A program made the translations under genes and the position numbers. Below, piece by piece: positions 1 to 11,956 of a DNA stretch of 64,000 nt. The notes beneath the pieces are model-generated. The model was given only the letters and a program-made list of their open reading frames with translations, was not told the origin of the DNA and did no database searches. Within the stretch, counting starts at the first letter, position 1. Each line of letters opens with the position of its first letter. Source of the stretch: Chrysomallon squamiferum (lineage: Eukaryota > Animalia > Mollusca); the NCBI GenBank assembly GCA_012295275.1, contig CM022667.1:4216001-4280000 (forward strand), in the 5' to 3' direction.

Positions 1-126
1 TTAGCAGTAGTAGTAGTAGTATTTATAATATTTGTTTTAGCAGTAATGTTATTGTTGTCATTATTAATGTTCAGATTAATTAATTAATTTCTTTAATTTT
101 TCAAGTGCTTCTATTTATATTTAGTT

Positions 127-164
<38 letters not shown>

Positions 165-199
165 GCTACTAGTAAGATTAGTAGAATTTTAAGTTTTAT

Positions 200-431
200 T
201 CAACAGTCTATAGAGAAGACAAATACACATGCACATATGCACAGAAAGACAAGACATGTCACTGTTGAAAGTTTCAGACCAAAACAAATAACCAATATTA
301 TGACCCATCTTGTTTGTAGCTCATTTTTTTATATTTACAGATACTGTAAGAACCGTACGTTAGATTTCATTGGTGTGTATGTATGTATGTATCTACTTAT
401 GTCGTTGTTATTGTTGTTGTAGTAGTAATAG

Positions 432-469
<38 letters not shown>

Positions 470-560
470 TCAGGGGCAAAACCTAAATAATAAGAATATT
501 CGTCATTCGAGTGGAATCACATTGTCTGTACTGGGATCGCTACAACAAACTAGAGAGTAA
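200..560 (+). other. Probable 3' end (last intron and terminal exons) of an upstream gene, possibly another vWA-family paralog
   Basis: 200-340 closely resembles vWA intron sequence at 24190-24360 (catgcacatatgcacagaaaga...agtttcagac-aaaacaaataacca-attatgacc...tatttaca). Acceptor-like tttacag ends at 340 and tttcag at 473; AATAAA lies at ~855. The reading frame cannot be fixed from this window. Confidence 0.4.
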
Positions 561-1488
561 ACCTTTTATTTAATTTTCAATATACACGTTTTTTTGTTGT
601 TTTTTTAAATTTTATTTTTTTTAATTTTTTTTTCTTAAAAATATATTACGAATATCATATTTAAAAAATAGATTTTATGTTGGTAATTACAATATTTGTT
701 TAAAAATATACGTAGTTAAATATAATTGAATGTTATGTATTTGTAACTAATCTGTTTTTTAAACTGATGTCTATTCATCATCTTTTAAAAAAAAAGTATT
801 TTATATTTCAATACTGCTTAACATTATCTTTATATAAGTTACTTAAAATTAATAATAAACTCATTTTAATCCTTTTTCATTGTCATTAATTAGTTGTTCA
901 AATGTATATTTAATTAGTATCTACTGTCATATCTACTGTCAATACATTTCACACACACACACACACAAATTTAAATTATTATGTTTTTTCTGACTGTTTA
1001 TTTGTTGTTTATTATTAGAAGACACTCTCTTTGATAGTGTTTTAAAAAGTAGCCTATGAAACATTGTTTTTCTATTAACTAGAGTAATTTTTTGTCTGAA
1101 ATTTTACAAATGATGAACTTTAAACCACTGATATGTCAAAGGTGTCAGTATGTTGATGATAGGTTGACAGGAACAGTTAACCCACAATAGTAAACAAATA
1201 TGTAATTCATAATGATAATTAATTGTTAATCTAAAACTCTGTGTGCAGGAATAAAGAAACAAAGAAAGAAAGAAACAAAGAAACAAACAAACAAACAAAC
1301 AAATAAACAAAAAACAGCAGCATTTAAAAAATATATATTTTAAAAAATTATACAGAAGACAAAACTTTTATTATTATTATTATTAAAATTTTTGAACATG
1401 CAGCATAATTCATAGTTAATATTCTGTCATGATGTTTGGAGAATGAGGTTGAACATTTTCTATAGACTATTAAAAAATTATAATAATA

Positions 1489-1519
<31 letters not shown>

Positions 1520-1569
1520 AACAACTTGACAACAAATCAATTAATTCATTTTGTTACATGACAAGAAAA

Positions 1570-1900
1570 TATTCTCTATAATAATTACAGTGCATACAGT
1601 AACATAATTAATGTTTAGTGTTATTCTCTCAGTAATAATTACAGTGCATACAGTAACATAATTAATGTTTAGCATTATTCTTTCTGTAATAATTAGATTG
1701 CATACAGTAACATAATTAATGTTTAGCGTTATTCTCTCTGTAATAATTACATTGCATACAGTAACATAATTAACGTTTAGCGTTATTCTCTCTGTAATAA
1801 TTACAGTGCATACAGTAACATAATTAATGTTTAGCATTATTCTTTCTGTAATAATTACAGTGCATACAGTAACATAATTAACGTTTAGCATTATTCTTTC
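1570..1900. repeat. 54-bp minisatellite, about 6 copies
   Basis: Unit taataattacagtgcatacagtaacataattaatgtttagcattattctctctg; the 18-aa periodicity of ORF 1541-1891 reflects it. Confidence 0.92.
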
Positions 1901-2102
1901 TTAACATTGTGGTTGTGTTTGAACTGATGTCTCATTTTGCATGAGCGATAGATCTGCTGGCAGAAGCAGACATTGAACCAAAACAGCAGCATGTATGGAA
2001 TAATGTTGCCTAGCAACCGTCCCAGGCTATTTGATAGGCTATATCCCCATTTTGGCTTTTATTGTTATTATTATGAATTTAAAAATATAGGAAAGAACTA
2101 AT

Positions 2103-2160
2103 ACAGTGGAACCTCGGGTTATGAATGTCTTGAAGCAGGAACAAATCAGATTACGAACTG
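2103..2160 (+). mobile_element. Remnant pogo/Tigger-like (Tc1/mariner) terminal inverted repeat
   Basis: TA followed by CAGTGGAACCTCGGGTTATGAA resembles Tigger/pogo-type termini; no partner TIR seen. Confidence 0.4.
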
Positions 2161-2243
2161 TGATCTTGGGCAATTTTTGGTTCAATACTGCTGTTCTTAT
2201 AATACTGCAAGTCTTCCCTGGTGGTAGATAAACTGGTCAGATC

Positions 2244-4031
2244 TTAAACATCATCAGCAAGAAAATTACCTGTTTTCAGAAATTCACTGCAGTCACTTGT
2301 AAAACTTACCAAGTCACTTTCTTCCACATGATCAGGGTTTGGCACGCTGGATAAATTGCTAGGTGGAGGTCTTAGGGTAGGTGAAAAATCACTGGACTGA
2401 ATTCGTGTGTTGTCACACTGTACAGGTTGCAGGTCCTCACTTTCAGAGTCATCAATTACTTCTGTATTTGGCAAGCTGAGTGACAGAACAGAGGACTTGG
2501 GATTATTTTCAGTATTTACTAATTTACAGCTGCTGATAAGTGACATTTTCTGTAAATGTTTTGCTGAATTGAAGTGCTGATCAGCACTTTCTTGTCCACT
2601 ACACTTCACAAGACATATCTCACAGAACAAAGGATGTGCTTTCCCCTGTTTTTCTTGCTGTTTTCTTTCTGCAAGTTTCTTGTGTTTCTTCCCACTGAGA
2701 TGTTGTTTTGCAAGCTGCTCTGATGTTAGGTCTGTCTCGCAAACATAACAATATCCTGTTGTTCCATTAAACTTGTATTCAGGTGTATTTTCATTCTTTT
2801 CTATTAGATTAGTTTCTTTCTCACTGAAAAATATTTGTTTTGCTTTTAAATGATTTTTTCCTTGTAAATGCTCTCTGGCATGTGACGAAGATGTCAAAAC
2901 AATTTTACAAAGATTGCAGAAACCACAAGAACCATTAAAAGTATATTCCTGTTTATCACTGGGCTCAGAGATCAAACTTTTTCCTGATGTTCCTGAAGAT
3001 GGATGCACATTATCTTTAACACAGTGTTTAATTTTACTAACAGTTTCATTACTTTCTGAATACAGACTTCCGTTCCTACAGTTTTCACCAATGTTTGGAG
3101 GTGAATATGGTTGTTGCAAATCATTTAAAACTGAACTATCACTGTTGCTGGTGAAATTATCTGTCATAAGCATATGTTGAACAGATGACATTGTACGTGT
3201 AATATTTCCACCATCAACCTTTAAGCACAAATCTTCATCACTGAGAGTCTGACAGCTACTGGGAGAATTTTGTACAACATTGTTTCCTGGTGGCAATTTA
3301 TTTGTTTCCTTGTTTGACAGTGGCTTTTCTTTTTCTGGGGAGAATTTATTGGGAAACAGATCTGCAACTGCAGCCTTTAGGTTTACCTTTTCAGCAACAT
3401 TATCATTACAATAACTACTCTGCCCACTGAAATCAACAGCTGTTGACATTCCAGGCACAACTGTCTGAACAGAGACTGAATTTGGTTGACATACATTTCC
3501 AGCATTTTGTACGCATGGAACCTTAGCTTCAGCTGTCTTCTTTATATGTTTTGCACTTGAAAAATGTTCGTGTGCATTTTTTGCACTAGTAAACGGTACT
3601 TTACAAAAGGAACAAAACAGCTCATCAATATCTTTCTGTAATTGTTTCTTCTTGTGTTTTGCACCAGACAGATGTTGTTGGGCATGTTGAAGAGATGTGA
3701 GCTCTATTTTACAAATATGACAGGAACCATGAGAACCATCAAAGTCATAAGATTTGGAACTGCTTGTTGGATGTTCCACTGCTGGACAGCATGCAGTCTG
3801 CTGCTCTTCTCGTTCTTTTAGTCTGTCAAGATGGGCAGGGCTTGCATTATGCTCATTATATTGACTGGCAGAATGGCACTTCACATGACAAACATCACAG
3901 TCAAAAGCAGAATCATCCGAAACAGAGCCAGCTCTCCTTTTGTGATCTTCACTCATGAAATGTTGTTGAGCAGGAACTGGGCCAGAAAACTTCTTCTGAC
4001 AGACCTTACAGAACAGTGGAACATTTTCCAT
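2244..4031 (-). CDS. Zinc-finger protein with seven matrin/U1-type C2H2 fingers (ZNF385/ZNF346-JAZ/ZMAT3-like; likely dsRNA-binding), 595 aa
   Basis: Seven Cx2C-x12-H-x5-H motifs (CKVC, CDVC, CHIC, CSFC, CNLC, CYVC, CEIC) ending in HxxSxxH/HLxGxxH, arranged 4+3 around a low-complexity linker. A splice acceptor (ttctgtttttcag, minus strand) puts the exon boundary at 4087, just upstream of the ATG. A donor-like CAG|GTAATT near 2270 could change the last few residues. Confidence 0.9.
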   Translation of the reverse strand: MENVPLFCKVCQKKFSGPVPAQQHFMSEDHKRRAGSVSDDSAFDCDVCHVKCHSASQYNEHNASPAHLDRLKEREEQQTACCPAVEHPTSSSKSYDFDGSHGSCHICKIELTSLQHAQQHLSGAKHKKKQLQKDIDELFCSFCKVPFTSAKNAHEHFSSAKHIKKTAEAKVPCVQNAGNVCQPNSVSVQTVVPGMSTAVDFSGQSSYCNDNVAEKVNLKAAVADLFPNKFSPEKEKPLSNKETNKLPPGNNVVQNSPSSCQTLSDEDLCLKVDGGNITRTMSSVQHMLMTDNFTSNSDSSVLNDLQQPYSPPNIGENCRNGSLYSESNETVSKIKHCVKDNVHPSSGTSGKSLISEPSDKQEYTFNGSCGFCNLCKIVLTSSSHAREHLQGKNHLKAKQIFFSEKETNLIEKNENTPEYKFNGTTGYCYVCETDLTSEQLAKQHLSGKKHKKLAERKQQEKQGKAHPLFCEICLVKCSGQESADQHFNSAKHLQKMSLISSCKLVNTENNPKSSVLSLSLPNTEVIDDSESEDLQPVQCDNTRIQSSDFSPTLRPPPSNLSSVPNPDHVEESDLVSFTSDCSEFLKTGNFLADDV

Positions 4032-6083
4032 TATTCTCAGTGGATACTTTTAATGAGAAGATTTATGACAGAATAAACATTTCTTTGCTGAAAAACAGAA
4101 TATTAATAAACTAAAACTTGAAATTTTACATTTTAGTTATTTCAGCTTGAAAAAGAAAGCAGTATAACTCTCCAGTTTCAAAGAAAGACAATTTAAAAAA
4201 AAAAAAATGTCTAACAAGATGGTAAAAATAATTCCTTTCATTTGTTTTATCACCTCTGAAATGAAAAAGGAAAATCATCTTCAAAAATCATATTGAGATT
4301 TATTCCAGTTATGTCATTCTAAACAAAATTAATTTCTGCAACTGTAATACATACACAGACAATAATAAATGATATCCTAACAAGTTTATAACATAAAAAT
4401 CTACAATTAAATAGGGTAATACAAATGGTTTCATATTATTGACAATATTTTCTGCTTTAATTACACACAGTGTAAATCAGTTTTGACATCTGAGTCATCT
4501 GTAACTGTCAAACAAAACTATGCTACATATATGATCATTTTACTTAAAATGCTTAAATACTATTAATATATGAAAACATGAAAAGTAATGAACATATTTT
4601 ACTGATAGTCTTCACTAGATTTCTATTTTGTAACGCTGTCATATCATGGTAAACTTGTGAATTAATTATAGTCAAATAATATTTAACTGGAATTAAAATG
4701 AAAAATGGTGAAGATTTAGTTCTGTGTATCATGGAGATTTCACAGTCACACATTACAGTAAGCAGAGAAATCTGCTCTTTTTGAAGCTGTAATATAGGAC
4801 CATTTTTTGCTGTGGTTATCGGAAAACACAGATTATTCTCAATAATGTCATTATTGGAAAAGACATCTGCCATAATTAAACTTGATATGATAATGACACA
4901 AGATACAACAAAAAGTTCCACTGACTTAATACAGGCCATGTCTGAACTAGCTGGTCATTCACAGATGTTGTTTTATGAGTGATGTGGAATTATTCAACTT
5001 TTTTGCTTAAAAGCATGGAGAAGTTAGTTTTATATATGCTAATTCCAGCTGAAAAAAACAACTGAAAAATTTTATTAACAATGAGAAAATTATAGTGGGC
5101 CTCTCTGGTTTTGTACTAAGATGTTATGAGACACAGTGTATGATGAATATGCTTCATACTATTTCATAAAATGGTAAACTCAAAAATTTAGGTTTGCACT
5201 TTGTCAGCAGAGATTTTTCTCATCTCAGCAGATGTTTTACTGAAAGGCAACTTGATAGTGAAAAGAATATTCTGTTGCGGTTTTTAAAGTGAATGAATAA
5301 AGATCAACCAGACAATGCTTTAGAAGTGTATTCATTTGTGTCTGTTAAAAGTTTTATTCTTTACTTTTCCTTATTTATTTTATGTTCTAAAAGATTTAGC
5401 CTGTATCCATGTTGTTTACTTTTAATATCAACCTGTTCTTCCGAAAATATAACAGGAAATTAATTCATTTCCTTCATTACACCGAAAACGTCTAAACTAC
5501 TGACTATACATTTCTGACCAGTTCCAATACCTTGTAGCATTAGAACCAGTGGTTAACAATTCAATTAAATGCCAGAGCATATCAGAAAGTGGTTGGCTCA
5601 AATTATCATCAGTAAATTACTGAATGAATTGTAAAACATATCAGATATAGAAATAACATTCATGAAATAAAAAAATGCACACTCCTTTTATTAAAAAACT
5701 GCCCCCCCAACACACACTCACAAAAAAATGCCAGACACTATTTTTGCACAGAGAGTGATACTACTGGATGGTGGGGAATGATCAGAATTGTTTCCATGAA
5801 CATGCAAATGTTAGCATCTATGGTGGCATAAAAGACAAAACAGATAGATTTGACAAGCAAAATATTGACAGGTTGGCATTTTATTTGAATTTATATATGT
5901 ATATATTTGTTCTAGAGTCAGTCTGAGTTTACAAATCAAGCTTTGAAGATTACCATAATAATAATTACAAAGCCATTTATAGTGACAGGTAGGTGTGGTA
6001 CTGTGTATGTTGGTGATGTATGTGTAGTTCGTGTGTGTCATTGTATGTGTACTTAGTAATATATATATTTTTTAAATACTTAC

Positions 6084-6149
6084 TAGTCGTTAAAATTCAA
6101 ACTGAGATTGTAGTTAATGAATCATACGATTCTTAGTCTGAAAGCCGCC
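6084..6149 (-). other. Probable non-coding 5'UTR exon of the zinc-finger gene
   Basis: Minus-strand acceptor ttgtttttcag| at 6150 and donor |gtaagt at 6083-6078. Confidence 0.6.
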
Positions 6150-6344
6150 CTGAAAAACAAAACGAAACTTAAAAACTAGTTTCAATAATTCACTGTTAAA
6201 ACCTAATTCTTTTATTCAGAAAATACTGAATCTATTTCAGTTTCAGTGTTTATAATATAATTTAAAATTAAATTTTTATATCAATACACAGAAATACTCG
6301 CATTTTGTGTTTAAAGATGCCTTTGACTCTCAAACAAGCAAGGA

Positions 6345-6514
6345 TTCCGGGAAAACCCCAACCACGTCAACTAAACTGATTCCGTATAATATGCTCCGGG
6401 TGTTGGTAGCGAGACACAGAGAGAAACCAGTCTATCATCTTTTTTTTAAAAATTTAAATTTTTTATTATTATTTTTTTTTTATAAATAAGTAAGTACAAG
6501 TAACAATAATTGGC
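6345..6514 (-). promoter_or_regulatory. Putative zinc-finger gene promoter region with overlapping GAS and kappaB sites, a CRE half-site and a CCAAT box
   Basis: TTCCGGGAA (6345-6353) overlaps GGGAAAACCCC (6349-6359; GGGGTTTTCC on the minus strand); ACGTCA ~6364; ATTGG ~6509; locally CpG-richer than the flanks. Confidence 0.45.
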
Positions 6515-7752
6515 TGCGCCCTGGGGAATGGGAATTCAGAAATAAAGATTGTTTCTTTTTAAATAATTTATATTAAATACTGAATTCAAATTATAATTTA
6601 TTTTAAAAGAAATATTTTTATTGCAGAGTTGTCAACGTTGTATTTTCAGGATAATACTTTTTATCTCTCACTCTTTTTGTGTGTATGTATTTGTGTTATA
6701 CACTTTTTATATTACATTAAACATAATACTAATAAATAACTATTTACCAACAGCAATTTCGAAACGGCAGTTTTATATGACTGAAAGGGATTTCATTAAT
6801 TCTGCACTCTTAACCACTATATTTTGAATGTCACCCAAAAAAGATTGGTACAGTCGGTCCAAAAATTATCAGATGAAATGTCATTCAAAGAAATCAGTAA
6901 TAATAATAATAATAATTTGATGAGGAAAATAAATCCACTTAAAGTACCATGAACCATTTTTTTATATCACGACGATCTTGATTCTGTTATAAGTAGTCCA
7001 TGTAAATAATAAACAAATAGTGGGCAGTGTTAACTGTGCAGGGCTTCCAGTACTTATAATGGTATGGTGGTAAACATTTATTATTTTAATTTCTTTCTTT
7101 CTTTTTTTTACTCAATACAAGTGTAAGATTTTTTTCTTGCATTTTTGTTTGAAATACAATTGTTTAATAATAACTTTCTTGGCAACAACAATCGAAAGTA
7201 TAGTTGAAATAAAGCAAGTGAAAAAATCCCTTATTATTATTTTTATATCATCATTCTTTAGCAAGGTGTCCAAAAGGAGAACTGTCCTTCCTAAAGCAGG
7301 TTGTCTGGTCATCCTACTTGTTATAGAACTCAAAATGATTATGACTGAAAAGGAACACATAAGAAACATTTAAAGCAAAATTAAACATATATTTTAAGAT
7401 GTACGAGAGAACAAGATAAAAGAGGAGAACAATTCAAAAAACAAACTTTGCTTAACCTGCAGTTCTTTTTAGTTGCTTGTTTTCCATTGGCTAATTATAA
7501 ATTTAATTTAACATGCCCAGTAGATGAATTTGTTTGTGAGATCTTTAAAAAAATATAAGTATAGCTTTACTATTCATTCTGTCGATGTGTTGTTTCTCTT
7601 GTTTAAATCTAAAATGTTTAATCCCTGCCATAGTACTTCTAACACATACCCTTCCTCTAGTCAGTAATAATTTTAGGCACTGACACTGAGCCAGTGCTCT
7701 TACAAATCTCCCTGAACATAGATAAACGAAACACAGGATTATCAACACACAA

Positions 7753-7960
7753 GAAACATGTGGCAAAGGGTCCAGAGTCATTTCTTTTGGGCTGTTATTG
7801 CACAGTTTTTAGAATTTCTACTCTGGTCTCAAACATAAAAATTCGTTTTTTTGTACTCATCATTTTGCAAGGGTATCATAAATATATACCTTGTTATTTG
7901 CAATGGGAAGGAGGAACCGCAACGTCATATATAATAATCCAATCACTGGACTTTACTGAG
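7753..7960 (-). pseudogene. Decayed Ulp1/C48-like cysteine protease fragment, probably transposon-derived
   Basis: Minus-strand pieces DWIII..., NKVYIYDTL and TVQ*QPKRNDSGPFATCF appear in the order of the HW / YDSL / QQxNxxDCGxF motifs, with stops and frameshifts. Confidence 0.4.
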
Positions 7961-9048
7961 GTGTTTGCTTGCTGTTTGATATGTTGGTCAGTCAAAAAAT
8001 TAAAAATGTTGATGTCAAGATTTGATGATACCCCAGTAAGTGCTTGGAAATCCATCTTGGTGTTTACTGTGCATGCATATTTCCAACAAAAGAGGACATT
8101 TTTAACATTTTGGTTTTAACCTAAATTAAACCTGTTGAAATACTAAAAGTTGCATAAAATACACAAAATATACTTAGTGTTGATATCATGTAATCATGTG
8201 AGGCTGCTAAAATAAAATGTTATTTTTTTAAAAATGCTGTATTTCATAGAAAATGCATGCATTCATACAGTATAAATAAATAACTGAAAAATAGATTTAA
8301 TTTTGCACCTGTTGGAACAATAGGCCCCTGAAACAATGACAGAGTGCTAAAAAGTAGATGTGTGTTTATACACAGAGATACACACACAAAACACTTTTCT
8401 TTTATCTACTTCAAATGTTTCTAAAACTTTACAGAAATATTGAAAATGTTCTACAAAAAAATCAAAAATATGAAAGAGAAAGAAAAACGATGAAAACATT
8501 TCCTATTTTTCATTATTTCATCCTTATATCACATATTACACTTGAGCAATGTGTGTGTATACACATGTACGTACTGAATCTATCCAACAAATTACAAGTA
8601 CATATATCTGGAATAATAATAATAATATTTCAAAATAAAACTTTTCAAAATATTTCTAATGTAGTAGTCTTCATTCCAACATGATATTCATCAGTCTGTA
8701 ATAGGTTTCTACCCATTTTTAACCCAAAAGATTTTTGATTCGTTGCATTCTTTTTTTTTTCAAGTCTTCATGTTGTGAAGGCATAAAACCTTTAATGATT
8801 GTACATTTTGTTTTACAATATACAGCATGAGACAATCCCTACTAACTGGGCCGGAAATACAGAATAAGATACGGAGCCGCAGCCGTCACTTCTGAGGACT
8901 TCGCCTAACAGCTGCTTCATAGCAAGTCTTGACAGAAAAGGTTAATTCCCTAATTGGTAACGCATCACACACATTTATTGGAAGTACAAAGAATGGTTTC
9001 TGAAAAAGGACCCTTTAAAGTGAATGTTCTTTTTTGAACAGAAAAAAA

Positions 9049-9080
<32 letters not shown>

Positions 9081-9162
9081 AATACTGCAGAATATCACCA
9101 ATATGTTGAAACAACATTATAAAAATAATTATGATAATATTAAGAGGTTGGAATTCTCTCTT

Positions 9163-9212
<50 letters not shown>

Positions 9213-9667
9213 TCAAATTAGCCACTGCTGGACAGACATAGTGATGGACACACTGACTGATGTTTTCACAACACTATTTTGTTTGTATATGTATGTGCGT
9301 ATGACACAGGTGCTCATGATGTAATTAAATACGATTATCTTTTTTGCACTATTTATTTCATTTCATTTTATTTATTTAATTTTTTACTATTTTATTTTTA
9401 TTATTTTTATATTCTGGTTAATGAGTATTATTAATTTTGACAGGGAACATATCTTATGGCACTTCCTGTTTTGTTAAAATGTATAAGAATGGAATGGAAG
9501 AAATAAAAATAAGTTTGGGACGAGCTAAATATAACTTGGTTAGTCTTATTTATTATTTATTTATTTATTTAGTTTGTATTAGAAACTGAAATAAGTTTTA
9601 AGTTTTATAAAATTGATATTGCCAATCTCACGTATTTAGATGCCTTTTATATATGCTTTATATATGC

Positions 9668-9702
<35 letters not shown>

Positions 9703-9834
9703 ATTATTATTATTATTTTTTTTTTTTTTTTTTTTAAATGTGCGGGGTGCATGTTCTTATCGTCAGTCTGTATAGTGTACTGTTTAGTCAGATAAAATAC
9801 TTTCCTCAAGAATGAACTTCTTCATGGAAAGATA

Positions 9835-9854
9835 AAACAAGTTGAGACATGTTT
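9835..9854 (+). promoter_or_regulatory. p53-family response-element-like 20-mer upstream of vWA exon 1
   Basis: AAACAAGTTG AGACATGTTT = two RRRCWWGYYY half-sites, zero spacer, 1 mismatch. Confidence 0.5.
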
Positions 9855-10050
9855 GTTTGCTCAGTAAAGTTAAAGTATGTTAAATATTTACTTGTTCATT
9901 GTCGGTGTGTTGTGACTGGTTATCTATGTGTATAACTTCATTTGAATCATAAATCCAACGTGAGTGACAAACAGCTTACATAATATTAAACCTTTCCTTG
10001 TGCGCATTACGCAGGAAGACATACTCGGCTATGAAACAAATTCGGACATC

Positions 10051-11485
10051 ATGGAGACCTGTGAGTTTTATATATTTTTAGTTATTTTGTACTCGTGTTA
10101 GTTTGATAATTTGAAAACGAAAACATGAAAATAAACATTAAAAATAACTAATAAAACGAAATAAGAACAAAGAAAAAGTAGTAGAAATAAAAACGACCTG
10201 GCTGAGGTTTACGGTCACTGATTGCTAATAATTAAGAAGAAAATACGTTTCAATACAACAACATCATTTCATAATTAGTATTTAAAGTTTAAAGCGATCG
10301 GTTATGGTTTCTATTTATTTATTTATTTTATTGTTTCCATATTTTCAACCCCTGACCTACAATTAACTGATAAACAGCATTACCAGTTCTTAATCAACAA
10401 TCAGGAATACATTACATAAAAGAATTATTAGCAGCGGGTATTATTTCACTTTTATTTAATTTATTTTATTATTAGTATTTACTTCAGAAAGTGTGGTGTG
10501 TGTGTGTGTGTGTGTGTGGGGATTTGGGGTAACAGGAAAAAAAAAAAAAAAAATACGACTAGTGAAGAGAATTCCACATAAAAACTAACTCCACTCGTAT
10601 CACGTGATATGTTTTCCTCAAGAATGAAGAGTTCTCAAGGAAAATATAAAACAAGTTTAGACATGTTGCTCGTTTGCTCAGTAAAGACATTTACTCTTAG
10701 TACACAAATTATTGTCATTAAGTTGATTACTATGATTAACGCCGATCTTGACTGTCATTATTGAAAATAAATACTATTTTAATCAACTACATTTTATGGA
10801 AAATACCGTGACCAAGATAAGAATTTTGTGTCTCTTTAAACAGTCAATTATAATAAAACAGAAATACAAGCCTCTGTGGACGAGGCTTTCTGCTACATGT
10901 ATAGCAATTAATAGAATCTGACACGTGTATTTAACACTTTGTTACAATGATCAAGATTTTTGCTTAATGATGTGACAGATTGTACAGTTCATACGCACGC
11001 ACACATGCACAGAAATAGTGATATTGCATTGGTTAATGTTTTACATTTGATGATATTTTTGATTTTAAAGAATATTGTCTCAGAATGTTATTCCAAGGAA
11101 CATTATTAAAAAATAAATAAAATAAAAGTAAAACAAACAAAGAAAATAAAACTGTTTTATGAACCAACTGTCTTATGGAAGTTCTTACATAAAGGAATTG
11201 TAATAAATAAATTGATATGTGTATCAAACACTTTGTTGTAAAGAATCAAATGACGAAGACTGAATCTTTTCCTGATTAATTTGACAGATTCCACCAGGGC
11301 TGATGAACTCGACTTGGCGATTGTCATGGACTGCACAGGTAAATATATTTTTCATTTTGTTTTTAACTGAATCAAATTTTTTTTTTTTTTTCAATTTAAA
11401 AGAATTTAATTTGATTTACAGACATATCTAATGTTATGCTTACCGAGATTTTGTTTTCTACTGAAAGTGATATGTCACGCTGACA

Positions 11486-11524
<39 letters not shown>

Positions 11525-11886
11525 CACACACAGACACACACACACACACACACGAAAGGAAAGAAAAGAAACAACGAAAGTACAAACAGCACACACGGCT
11601 GAGAGCACTCCAGCAATCGTGGCCAGCCATATGAAGTTAAAACTTTCAGTAAAACGAGTAGGTAGAATTATTATGTGTTTGCGGCTCGAAATGAATTGAA
11701 AAAATTAAATTCACAATTTGTCTTTAAAATTCATTGATAGAATTTTAGTGTTACACATGTTTGTTATTTATGGAAAAGGTTCGGTTGTAGACTCTTCGCG
11801 TTTTAACATTTATTGCCACTTTCAAGTTTATGAGGCAGCTGCTTTCAGTCATTTTGTTTGTTTGTTTATTTGTTTATTTATTTATT

Positions 11887-11956
<70 letters not shown>

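Noticed and set aside
1541-1891. 116-aa repeat protein
   Set aside because: Product of the 54-bp minisatellite.
10031-10060. Upstream ATG as the vWA start
   Set aside because: It gives a phase-0 exon end, out of frame with the phase-1 exon at 11288; the ATG at 10051 fits.
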